Part shown: positions 13,947-25,880 of the stretch, one piece after another | How the letters are laid out: each line of letters starts with the position of its first letter | How positions within the stretch are numbered: position 1 is the first letter of the stretch | Source of the DNA: Octopus bimaculoides | Taxonomy: Eukaryota | Assembly (NCBI RefSeq): GCF_001194135.2 | Contig: NC_068987.1 | Coordinates: 96,496,982-96,560,981, forward strand | Length of the DNA stretch: 64,000 bases | Reading direction: 5' to 3' | Position numbers and translations under genes: made by a program | Notes under the pieces: generated by a model | The model's input: the letters and a program-made list of their open reading frames with translations, nothing else | The model's database searches: none | Told to the model about the DNA's origin: nothing

Positions 13947-14535
13947 TATTCTTTATCTTATATTTTTTTTTTTTATCAGTTTCAGTCAGTGGCCATGGTG
14001 GTGCACTGTATTCAACAGTTTTTAATTGATTAATTATATCACCTCCACCATTACATGGATCCCTATAGAATGACTGAATCTATACATACATACACACACA
14101 TATATATATATNNNNNNNNNNNNNNNNNNNNNNNNNNNNNNNNNNNNNNNNNNNNNNNNNNNNNNNNNNNNNNNNNNNNNNNNNNNNNNNNNNNNNGTAT
14201 TGGATTTAACCAAACCCCGGAGGATACAGGTAGTACCGAGTAAGTGCTGTATACCGATTAGTTTGCCCCAATCGTTGTATGAACAGGATTGGGTATTATA
14301 AGTCGTGTATTAGCGTGTGTATATGTAAATATATTAAAACAAAAAGATAAAGAGAGCAAAGGTAAGGTTGAAGAAATTTATGGATAAGAGCACCACAACA
14401 AACCACAGCATATCCCCAAGGCATACGGAGCTGTACTTGGTAGTGCAGTGAAAGCATAAATTTCTTCAACCTTACCTTTGCTCTCTTTATTTTTTTGTTT
14501 TTATATATTTACATATATATATATATATATATATA

Positions 14536-14900
14536 TAGGTGCAGACGTGGCTGTGTGATGAGAAGCTTGCTTCCCAACCATATGGTTCCATGTTCAGTCC
14601 CACAGCGTGGCATCTTGGGCAAGTGTCTTCTACTACAGCCTTGGGCTGACCAAAGCCTTGTGAGAGGATTTGGTAGACAGAAACTGAAAGAAGCTTGCCA
14701 TATATGTGTGTGTCTGTGCTTGACAACCGATGTTGGTGTGTTTATGTTCCTGTAACTTAGCTTTCAGCAAAAAATACCAATAGAATAAGTACCAGGCTTA
14801 CAAAGAATAAGTACTGGAGGTCGATTTCTTTGACTAAAAAACCCTTTAAGGCAGTGTTCCAGCATGGCCACAGTCAAATTACTGAAATAAATAAAAGAAT
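14536..14900 (+). mobile_element. tRNA-derived SINE, family A (central TA/TG microsatellite)
   Basis: tRNA-like head gtggctgtgtg..aagcttgcttcccaaccatatggttc..gttcagtccc and 3' body ending atggccacagtcaaattactgaaat. Related copies at ~15992, 28537, 32165-32757(-), 55097-55509 and 61590-61945(-). Confidence 0.8.
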
Positions 14901-15133
14901 GTGTACTATATATACATATATAAATATCCATAATTTTCTTTGATCTGATGAGCAAGCTTTTTTTACCTGTATTAATTTATAAATCAAGCAACTGCTGTAT
15001 ATAAATAATAATATATATATTAATACTGCATGTAAAAGAGTTATTATCTATTATACACTAAAATAAATTATTTTTCCATGACCAAGGCTGTGAAATGATC
15101 AGCAGTATATGGATATCATCTCCTCTCTTTCTT

Positions 15134-15257
<124 letters not shown>

Positions 15258-15947
15258 TAAGCACCTGGGACACTATAAATTGGGTGATGTTAGAAAGGGC
15301 ATCCAGTCATAAAAACCATGCTAAAGCAGACACTGGAGCATGATGTAGTCCTTTGACCCAATGGATCCTGTCAAGCAATCCAACCTATGACAGCATGGAA
15401 CATGGATGTTAAATGATGGTGATGATATATACACACACGTGCATACGCACAAACATCAGACAACTATTCAATCTTATTAAATTTCACAGTTATTCATCTT
15501 TTTTTTGTTTTTTTTTCTTTTTTGAAGAATTCTATGTAAAATTGTAGATTGTCAACTAGTATTTTCATGACTGTATCATGAGTTGTGAAAGTTCCTTGGT
15601 GTAAATACAAGTTAAATGGATCCAATGTTATGAAGTCTTAGGAAATTTACAACTTCGATGATTTTGTGCAGGACATTGGTTTCCTGAAGTATATTCTGTG
15701 GTTTGCTAGTTTGTGGTTTCATGTTGAAAAGAAAAATTTTCATTCATGTGCTTTTGTAATACAACTATGAGTTTGTAGCTTGGTGAGACACATGCACTAT
15801 TCTGGCTTATGAGTTATATTTGTAGCATACAATATATATGTTTTGTGTAGTTTTCATGGATGCTACATCTGTTGTGACAATGTGGGTGAATTTGTTTCAT
15901 GTATTATTATTCAATGGCCTGATCTACTAATCTAATCAATTAAGGCA

Positions 15948-15995
<48 letters not shown>

Positions 15996-16171
15996 TGCAG
16001 ACAAGGTTGTATGGTAAATATGGTTGCTTCCCAACCACATAGCTTCAGTGCCATGGTTCAGTCCCACTGCATGGCACCTTGGAGACAAATGTCTTCTATT
16101 ACAACTCTGTGCCACCTAAAGCTTTGTGAGTGGATTAGAAAGATGGAAACCAAAAGAAACCTCTGAGTGTG

Positions 16172-16225
<54 letters not shown>

Positions 16226-17014
16226 CGTGCATGCATTGTGTAATAGTCATGAATCAGTTTCACTCTCATATGAGCAGAGTCGTTCATTTCTAATATTCTG
16301 CAAAAATATGTCAGACCATGGGGGAAGAGGAAATATTACCTTATTTAGAAGCAGGTGAGGGCTAACGACAGGAAGGACATCCAGCCATAGGAAATCCACC
16401 CCAATAAACTCCATCCAACCCATGCAAATATGGAAAAAGCAAACGTTAAAATGATGAGAGTGTTGGTGATGATGATGTATCTATGTATATGAATGTGTGT
16501 ATTGATAACTATATATGTATATTTATATTTTTGCATATGTGTAGTTGTAAGGGTTTTTTTTTTTGTTTATAGTATACAATATGCAAGTATATGTTTGTTC
16601 AATGTTTATAACAGGATGTAGACTATCCAAGTAGTTAAGAATTCTACTTTGCAATCATGAGATCCAAGGTTCAATCCCACTCCTCAGCATCTTAGCAAAG
16701 TACTTTCTACGATCATCTTGGGTTGACTCAAGCCTTGTAAGTGAAACAGTGTAGACGTAAACCATAGATGGAAAAGTGTAGACGCAAACTATTGGATGGA
16801 CAGAATCTATAATTCAAAGGACCAGCCTTGTCACACACTGCCATGCAAATCCTGGCTAAGAGTTACATTAAGTGTATATGCATCTGTGGAGTACACAGCC
16901 ACTTACTCTCTAATTGAATGATTAGTTAGTTTAATTGATCAAAACATAAGGAATATTCATCGTTGAAATTGATGCAGAACCATTTGCAACATACATGCAT
17001 GTCTTTGTGTGTGT

Positions 17015-17054
<40 letters not shown>

Positions 17055-17263
17055 ATTTATTATACCATTGACATATATTTGTATATGCGTATGTGTCTGT
17101 TTTGAATGTGTGCATTTATATAACAATGTGTTTGTCACTCAGTGTGTGTGTAAACATGTCGGTGTTTGGTATTCAGCAGACGTGTGTGCGCGCGCGCACG
17201 CGTGTGTACACAACCATTTACACTATAGTTGAATGATGTGTATATATATATATATATATATAT

Positions 17264-17458
17264 AACTATGATTGACCGTTGACCGAAAACTATTCAATTT
17301 TTTTTCTCCGTGTTTTTCTCCTTGTCTCCGTATTCTTTCTTTTGAAGAGCGTAGCTCGAAACGTTAAAGACTTTCCGTATTCCCGAGCGTCATACTAATA
17401 TATCCTTTTGTTATTTACACCACCTGCCCTCGTCTGTTGTTGTTTTTTCGTACATTCT

Positions 17459-17462
<4 letters not shown>
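17264..17462 (+). mobile_element. Penelope-like element terminal fragment embedded in (TA)n
   Basis: CpG-rich unique block bounded by (TA)n on both sides, containing tgaagagcgtagctcgaaacgttaaagac, which resembles PLE terminal-repeat motifs. Confidence 0.4.
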
Positions 17463-17490
<28 letters not shown>

Positions 17491-18977
17491 NNNNNNNNNN
17501 NNNNNNNNNNNNNNNNNNNNNNNNNNNNNNNNNNNNNNNNNNNNNNNNNNNNNNNNNNNNNNNNNNNNNNNNNNNNNNNNNNNNNNNNNNNNNNNNNNNN
17601 NNNNNNNNNNNNNNNNNNNNNNNNNNNNNNNNNNNNNNNNNNNNNNNNNNNNNNNNNNNNNNNNNNNNNNNNNNNNNNNNNNNNNNNNNNNNNNNNNNNN
17701 NNNNNNNNNNNNNNNNNNNNNNNNNNNNNNNNNNNNNNNNNNNNNNNNNNNNNNNNNNNNNNNNNNNNNNNNNNNNNNNNNNNNNNNNNNNNNNNNNNNN
17801 NNNNNNNNNNTATGCATTTGAATTTTCTACATTTTCACAAGTACATAAATATTTACCTTGCCCTATGCGTGTGTGTGTACGTATGCGTTTGTGTGTGTGT
17901 GTGTGTGTGTGTGTGAATGTTTGTCTGTTTATGTGTATGTGAAGGTGTGATCAAATGAGTGGGTGTTATAAATGAATGGGTGTATAACTGAATGTGTGTG
18001 TTTGTGCATATGTGTATGTATGTACCAAGAACAAGTGACTGACCAGTGGCCAGGGAGTAAAGACAACCCACAGCACTTAAGTTCCCTCCTCATCTTCCTT
18101 TTCCTTCCTCACTACAGTTCTGCCACACCTCTCCACAGGCATCTACGCCTGCACTCTGACTGCATCTTCATCACATGGACACAAACCAGTAGCATACTGC
18201 ATCACCAACAATGAGGAGGTGGAGCTGAAAAATTCTATAAGGTGGGGAGGGACATAATTCCATCACTTTTGTATGTATGTTTATGTGTATGTTTACATAC
18301 ATACATACAAACATACATAAAATACACTCACACACACGTATGTATGTGTATTTATTTATATACGTGTATTATTTGTATATATGTATCTTTATTTATATAA
18401 GTGTGTATGTGTGTATTTGCTTATACATGCAAATATATATGTACCTAGGCATGTTACATAGTTCTATTATGCATTATGTATGGAAAAAACAAATGGATAT
18501 CAATTATGGTAAGAGGAACATGACATACATACAAATATATGTGTGTGTGTGTGTGTGTGTGTGTAAAAGCATACACCAAGACACACACATAAAAACTATT
18601 ATTCGTGCATACAGGCATAATACACATACATACGCAGTAGAGACACATAAACATTTCAGACCTCACACCCACCCAATCCACCAACTTTCACTTTCTTGAA
18701 CTCACCTCTTACACCATCACAACAACACTACATCATCAAAATGCAACATCATTGCCACCACCACCACCACCACCACCAGGTTGACAATGTCAGAAATGAT
18801 TTGTTTGGGCAATTCCATGGCCTTCCCACCTTTCTTGCTAAATAATACATTTGCACATCATCCTCATCTCTATCATCATCATCATCACGACCACCTATTG
18901 CTTATACTGCATCAGCATTGTTGTTGTGGTTGATGTTGTTGTTGACAGTGTTTGTTTCTAGATTTATGCAACAGTTT

Positions 18978-19077
18978 GGGCGGGGGCACTGAAGAATAGG
19001 TGGTACTTGTAGTGATGGTGATGATGCGACAAGATCTCTCTATTTAAAGGAACCACTTTGAGGAGATTCCTTCACTC
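18978..19077 (+). promoter_or_regulatory. putative core promoter of oct-GnRH
   Basis: GC box GGGCGGGGG at 18978-18986, TATA-like TATTTAAAG at 19041-19049, Inr-like TTCACTC at 19071-19077, then a short ATG-free segment ending in a splice donor. Confidence 0.45.
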
Positions 19078-19130
19078 TGAACAGCGTTCTGAACCTGATA
19101 CATAGAACAAACTCAAGTTCCACACTAAAG
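19074..19130 (+). other. GnRH: putative non-coding exon 1 (5' UTR) of oct-GnRH
   Basis: Ends AAG|GTAAAA at 19130/19131. The first coding exon starts at a clear acceptor (tttctgctgtttatttcAG|, 23289), so an upstream exon is required. No upstream ATG in the joined leader. Confidence 0.5.
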
Positions 19131-19345
19131 GTAAAATATCAAAATCTTCCTTTGTTAAAAAAACAAAATTTCTTTTACAATGCTCACTTTCTCTCTCTCT
19201 CTCTTATATCTTGATTTATTAACTTGACATATAGATTTTCCTTTTCAATAACTATCTTTAAAAAAAAGAGGGCTATTTCTATACTATATGTATTTGGAAG
19301 TTTTCTAATCCATGCTTCCGCTAAAAATTTAAAAAAATTATATTA

Positions 19346-19580
19346 CATCACACTACAAGGAGGCAAACTGGCAGAAACATTACCCCACTTGACAAAATAC
19401 TTAACAGCATTTCTTCTACCATTAGATTCTGAGTTCAAATTCTGCCGAGATCAGCTTTGCCTTTCAGCCTTTCAGGGTTGATAAAATAAGTACCAGTTGA
19501 ATGCTGGAGCTGATGTAATCAACCAGCCTCCTTCTGCAAAATTTCAGGCCTTGTGCATATTGTAGAAAGGATATTACATA
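19346..19580 (+). mobile_element. tRNA-derived SINE, family C
   Basis: aggcaaactggcagaaac...ttctgagttcaaattctgccgag..ctttgcctttcagcctttcagggttgataaaataagtaccag...tttcaggccttgtgc..tagaaaggatatt. Same family as the tandem copies at 37125-37740 and the minus-strand copies at ~8050, 20975 and 22820. Confidence 0.75.
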
Positions 19581-20483
19581 ACACTACATTTTCTTTAGCT
19601 GATATCATATGATTTAATGACTGTATTCTAATTCTTGTTCTTTCTCTCTTACTAATTTATATATAAATATCTTCTCACACCAATTATTTGTTTAAAGTTC
19701 TCACAACATCTACATTCTGAATACCAATATCTTATTCAGAGGGAAGAATGGTACAAAATGCATTAATGCATCAAGCTCAATACTTTTCACTTTTGAAATC
19801 CAACTCAAGTGTTCAATAGTATCCAGTTTAGTCTATAATATGACATATATAATTATCATTAGGCCATGTATTTATAGGGAAATTGTGTAGCCAACTGAAT
19901 TCACTACAGTGTACTACTGATACTTATTTCATCAACCCAAGAGTAAGGCCCTACACCAGCAGGATTTGAACCAAATACTGGAAGATTTTAGTTTACCTCT
20001 TAACTATTTTATATACTCCATTATACTTACTAATCCTAACATTAATTTCTAATGCTAGCAAAAAGCCAAGGATTTGTAGAGGGAGGGTAGACAGTCAATC
20101 AGCTGTATTAATCTTGGCATTTTACATGCTTATTTTTTAACTGACCCTAAAAGATAAATTCCATCATTGGGAAATTTCAATTCAAAATTCAGAGATGAAA
20201 CTAAATATTACAAAGCATTTAATCTGGTACTCTACTGTTTGTAACAAATGACAAACTTCAGTAATACCAATTTCTAAATTCGATAGAAGACCACATATTT
20301 TGGGGAAAAGTACAGTCAATTCAACTGACTTTGTACTTTACTGGTACTTTATTTCATCAATCTTGCAATGATGACAATCAAAGTCAAATTCAGTGAAGTT
20401 TGAACTAAGAACAAGGAGGACTGTAAATGACTACTACAAGGTATTTAGCCTGACTATCTACAGTTTTTGCTCTTCATAATGAT

Positions 20484-20790
20484 CATCATCATCATCATCA
20501 TCGTCGTCATCGTTTAACGTCCGCTTTCCATGCTAGCATGGCTTGGACGATTTGACTGAGGACTGGTGAAACTGGATAGCAACACCAGCCTCCAATCTGA
20601 TTTGGCAGAGTTTCTACAGCTGGATGCCCTTCCTAACGCCAACCACTCAGAGAGTGTAGTGGGTGCTTTTACATGTCACCCGCACGAAGGCCAGTCAGGC
20701 GGTACTGGCAACGGCCACGCTCAAAATGGTGTATTTTATGTGCCACCTGCACAAGAGCCAGTCCAGGGGCACTGGCAACAACCTCGCTCA
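20484..20790 (-). mobile_element. SINE/short retroposon family D with (GAT)n tail
   Basis: catcatcatcgtttaacgtccgctttccatgctagcatgg..ggacgatttgactgaggactggtgaaac...ggatgcccttcctaacgcc. Near-identical copies at 50262-50583 and 51971-52325, and many tail fragments. Confidence 0.8.
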
Positions 20791-22091
20791 AAAATCTATT
20801 AAACAACACATTATAGACATGAGCACTATTAGATGTTCTGTATCACAGTGAAGACATTAAGTACTCATTCTGAATGTTTCAGACTTGACGCAGTGAAACT
20901 TTAAGTTTCATCTACCAATAATGAACATTAATGTTGTGTGTGTGCGTATGTGTGTATGTGCGACAGGAAAATAATGGGTTCAAATTTTGGCATAAGGCAG
21001 CAACTTGTAAGTTGTTTACATTTACTCCAGTGTACAACTGGTACTTATTTTAAGAACCCCGACAGGATGAAAGGCAAAGTCAACCTCAGTGGAATTTGAA
21101 CTCAAAATGTAAAGACAGACGAAATGCTACTAAGCATATTATCTAGCATGCTAATGATTCTGCCAGCTCACTGGCTTTCATATAACAGGAATATAATGAC
21201 AAAAAAAAAAGAAGCTTTTCAACTGTTAAAAGGTTAATGTGTACAGCAGTGTCTGTTTTGCTTTGTTGGTCATTTTGTTTGTCCAACAGATTGCTTTCAT
21301 ACATGTGCCACACACCAGCATACACATACAGCAATGTGCATATCTAAACCACACATATAACAATTTGTATAAAATACAGTACACATTTCAATACATATAT
21401 GCAACAATATGCATGCACTAGCACACAGATATAGCAATTTGCTTACCCAACACACATACAGAAAAACATATATACAACATATACAACATATATATNNNNN
21501 NNNNNNNNNNNNNNNNNNNNNNNNNNNNNNNNNNNNNNNNNNNNNNNNNNNNNNNNNNNNNNNNNNNNNNNNNNNNNNNNNNNNNNNNNNNNNNNNNNNN
21601 NNNNNNNNNNNNNNNNNNNNNNNNNNNNNNNNNNNNNNNNNNNNNNNNNNNNNNNNNACTCATCAAAAAAATACATATACATAAAAACACAAATGGTAAA
21701 AATATGTATTCGAATAAAATACAAATAGAATGGCCTATCAAAAGGTAAATATAAACAACTAAAAATTCCTAAGCAACCAAAACTAATAGACAAAGATAAA
21801 GTAAATGTTCAACGCCTAAAAAAGTTTTATCAAATGATTAAAAATATTTGGTGATATTTACATGTGATGAAATGTTTGAGGTATGGTGTTTTATATATAT
21901 ACAAAGTCATTAACTCAAATTTAATGTTTGTTCTATGACCAATGTTTCTTTATCTTTGTCTCATTTACATTTGAGCACTTCTTTTGCAGTCCTATAAACC
22001 CTTTTGTTTCTATAAAAAAGACAAACATTATTTCTTATATATATATACTACACATATACATATACACACATACATACATACATGTATGTGT

Positions 22092-22122
<31 letters not shown>

Positions 22123-22535
22123 AGCTGTATAATCCTTTCTCATATCAACACCGTGTACACAGAAGAAAACTAAATCTATATAATAATAATTCCAATTTAA
22201 ATAAACACTAAACAACAGCTTGTGGCAGTGATTATGATAACTATAGTAAAATACATTCAGCTAACAGACTATAAATTTTAGACAAGCAGATGATAATGAT
22301 GATAAAGATGGTGCTGTTATTGGAGATCATCATCATCATCGTCGTTTAACGTCCGCTTTCCATGCTAGCATGGGTTGGACGATTTGACTGAGGACTGGTG
22401 AANNNNNNNNNNATGGGTTGGACGATTTGACTGAGGACTGGTGAAACCAGATGGCTACACCAGGCTCCAAATATGATAAATATGGTGCTGTTATTGGAGA
22501 TAAATATATCTCCAGCTACAACAGAACAGAACAGC

Positions 22536-22763
22536 TTAACCCTTTAGTGTTTAAACCAGCAATATCTGGCTCAAATATTCTACATGTTTTATGTTCCAAC
22601 TGGCTGTATCTGGCCTCTCACATATATCCTATAATGTCATTTTAAAAGTAAACAATCATATCACTGAACTCTTGAAGCTGTGAGATAATGCATGGTTAAT
22701 TCAAAACAATGTGAATAAATAAGCATTACATTTGACAGAGTAATCTGAACGCTGAAGAGTTAA
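22536..22763. mobile_element. piggyBac-type MITE (TTAA-flanked), family copy 1
   Basis: TTAA|cccttta...gaagag|TTAA. Homologous copies at 54278-54501 and 63285-63511, each bounded by TTAA. Confidence 0.65.
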
Positions 22764-23324
22764 CACATTTACTATAATCAGTAGTTAAAGTGAAACATTA
22801 AATCTATTGTGTAACAATGGTTTCAAATTTTGGCACAAAGTCAGCAAGTTCAAGGAACAAGGCTAGTTGATTACAATGACACCAGTGGTCAATCGGTATT
22901 TATTTTATTGACCTTTCAAAGGATGAAAGGCAAAGCCAACCTTGTGGGAATTTGAATGCAAAATGTAAAAATGGACGAAATACTGTTAATTATTTTGCCC
23001 AGCATGCCAATAATTCCACAAACTTACTGCCTTAATCTAGAGTGCAATAATGATAGTTCAATATACATGACACAATCTACAACTAAGTCGTGTGATTTTT
23101 CTTTTTTTTTTTAAAAAAAGTGGGGGACCAAAAATAATACCACACTTCTGAGCAATAAGTTTATGCCAGAATCGGTTCCCAATATTTGTCACTGCAGCAA
23201 AGTGCTTAGATTCTCTCTTGAAAACAGGTATTGCTACCTTACATCATTTCATAAAAACTTCCTCTCAGGCTTTCTGCTGTTTATTTCAGATCTAACTTGT
23301 CCAATTCTACCAGCAAACGTCATT

Positions 23325-23531
23325 ATGTCAGCTATTGCATCAACAACCAGCTCCAGAAAAATGGCTTTCTTTATATTCTCCATGTTGCTGCTATCTTTGT
23401 GTCTGCAGACTCAAGCACAAAACTACCACTTTAGCAATGGATGGCACCCCGGAGGTAAACGCAGTGCACTCTCAGACATTCAGTGTCACTTCAGACAACA
23501 AACAAAGGCTTTGATAGAAAAAATTTTAGAT
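23325..23531 (+). CDS. GnRH: oct-GnRH (GnRH/corazonin-family) prepropeptide, coding exon 1
   Basis: MSAIASTTSSRKMAFFIFSMLLLSLCLQTQA (signal peptide) + QNYHFSNGWHPG (23418-23453) + G amide donor + KR cleavage site + SALSDIQCHFRQQTKALIEKILD. Acceptor AG at 23288-23289, donor GTAAGT at 23532. The dodecapeptide is the known octopus GnRH-like peptide. Confidence 0.97.
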
Positions 23532-24941
23532 GTAAGTTCAGCATATCCTTCATTACTTTCTTTTAGTCATTTGTTGTCCATTTCAGTATATCTTTACAGC
23601 TTTTAAAACCTTGCTAATGTGAACAGTCTCTGAAAGATTTGTTTGGGAGGCAGGGAGTTACAAATTTTTTTAGATAACTTACTTCAGTAACAGCTTTGTT
23701 TTAGAACCAACAAAACTTAATTTATATACAATGTCAAATTTTGGTTGAAAATTCAGTATAGCCTAACAGATGATATGTATTTTATCAGATAATTATACAA
23801 AATCTATAATACATAATCTATATTCTAAAGCAAGTGTTTAAAAATCGATGGCTGTACAGTTTAAGTGCTACACTATTGACTAAATGGCTTTGGGTGTAAA
23901 CTGTTAGTGTTATGAAGCATTTTGTTGTGCATGTGAGCTAAACATAACTCTGCCAGGGAATGGTGATAAGTTAGGCAGCATATTAGGCCTACACCTCCCA
24001 TCAAAGAAAAAAAAGTCATTGTGTCTTATCGCAGTACAGTACTACAGAGGCTAACTTGGATTCGGGGCCTTCACTTGCAACTTAGAGCAACCAAGATTGT
24101 AGACAGGTTGCCTTCACTGTGATTGTAACAGCTACGTCTCTCCTGACATGGTTCAAGGCTGGTCAGGAGGGTAAGTAGTCAAAAATAACAAGGAAAGGAA
24201 GTAAAGATAAACTGGAGTGGTTAGGAACAGCAATGCATACCTTGGTGAAAGGAATTTGGGAGGTAGATACCCAGCTGTAAAATTAACTGATACCACCCAA
24301 GTATATAAAAGCATGATGAACTGGGTGTAAAATAATAAAATTTAGTTTCATTGAATTTATTATATGACTAGAATTGAATTGAATGAAAGAAATGCATATT
24401 TATAAATTGCTGTTGTTGATGATGTTCAGAGTCAACTTTTTATTATCTGACCAATGTTCCATCAAAGCTTTTCTTCTGGTATCACGTGTATCCAGGACTA
24501 CATTATACAATGTGACATCCTTTTTAAAAATACAGTGTAGTGTGATTTGATGAAAATTTGGATTTCTAGCAATTTGAATGACCATGAAGAAGAGGCCGCC
24601 TTTTTAGCTCATTTAGATCATACATGCTTACATATATGTTGGGTGGTTAAAACTATGTGTTTGCATATACATATTTGCACTTATGCATTACATGTTTGCA
24701 TATACATATTTGCACTTATGCATTACATGTTTGCATATACAAGTTTAAATTCAAGTAAGCTTGCAGACAAAAAAAGACATACATGAAAGAATAAACAGTG
24801 AATACTGGGTGAATATCTGGTGAGTTCCTACAAGTTGCTCAATTTTGGTTCTCACAAGTCGTTTTTAAATTAAACCGGTTTGTTCTAGCTTAACACACAT
24901 ATTTACATTCAATATTGTTTAATATTGTTTACTTCTTTCAG

Positions 24942-25004
24942 GAAGAGATTAACCGTATTATCACAACATGTACTGGGCCGGTCAATGAGATTGCAGACCT
25001 ATGA
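24942..25004 (+). CDS. GnRH: oct-GnRH prepropeptide, coding exon 2
   Basis: Acceptor acttctttcAG (24940-24941); phase-0 EEINRIITTCTGPVNEIADL* giving an 89-aa precursor. Stop TGA at 25002-25004, donor AAG|GTAAAG at 25007/25008. Confidence 0.95.
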   Translation, partial: EEINRIITTCTGPVNEIADL

Positions 25005-25645
25005 AAGGTAAAGTTTGGATATTGTTTCTGGCTTGCAAAATTGATCAGTGAAAGATTTTTTTTTTCTTTTAAAGATACATTGTAACTAGAAAAAAAAAAG
25101 ACATTTTGTTTTGGATATAATAATCTCTACAGAATAATAGCTAATATAAACATTGGTTGGTTGAGTTCTCCAGTCACACTTTACATTAAGTGAGAGGGAG
25201 AAATACAGAGAGAGTTAAAACAAGAAGCACACATACTAGGCTTGGTAGCAGGCAATGAATATAGGAACATTCCACACAGTAAGAGAGACTGAATCATATA
25301 GACAGAAGAGCAGGGAGAGAGAGAGAGAGAGAGTAAAAGACAGAATAGTTATAGGAGGAATTAAAATTCTGGTGAAACAGGTTTTCAAGGTAGTACATTG
25401 TGATCATGTTGATAAAATTTAGAAAAATAGTATCATATATTTTTCGCAAATATAAAAATAAGAAGTATATTTTAGCCACCATGGGTAATATTAGGGAATA
25501 TGGTATACGTACAATAACCATAATTTAACTTTTATCAAATATCATGGTGCTTACACTAAGTTGTGAAATGAATACTAATTTTTAGTAGAAAAATATTTAT
25601 TACCTTAAAACAAAATTAGATAAAACAAATTTCTCATTTCTACAG

Positions 25646-25880
25646 GCATTTTACAAAATGTTCTCTAGACTCTGTATTTACATCATTTTTCCAACGTTCT
25701 TTCTATGTTCAACTTTAATACTGAATTTCTAAATGGCACTATGGTTACACTGATATTACAGTTTCAAATACATTATGCATTGTTATTAAAATCAATAAAT
25801 GTCAGACAAATATTTCAGTATAACCCTATTAATCTATTTATACTCATGTTATAGAATAAACACTTCAATCTCAATATGTA
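25646..25880 (+). other. GnRH: putative last (3' UTR) exon of oct-GnRH
   Basis: First good acceptor after the 25008 donor: tttctcatttctacAG at 25644-25645. AATAAA at 25794-25799 and 25855-25860. The 3' end is approximate. Confidence 0.5.

Noticed and set aside
15540-15900. Possible Penelope/LINE remnant on the minus strand
   Set aside because: Only compositional similarity; no motif could be read with confidence.
22334-22470. Tandem duplication of a SINE segment across a 10-N gap (also at 62324-62412)
   Set aside because: Identical overlap on both sides of a placeholder gap, typical of unmerged contig ends.
23163-23324. N-terminal 54 aa of the 147-aa track ORF, and its tail after 23531
   Set aside because: These are intronic read-through. 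The acceptor at 23289 and donor at 23532 define the true exon.
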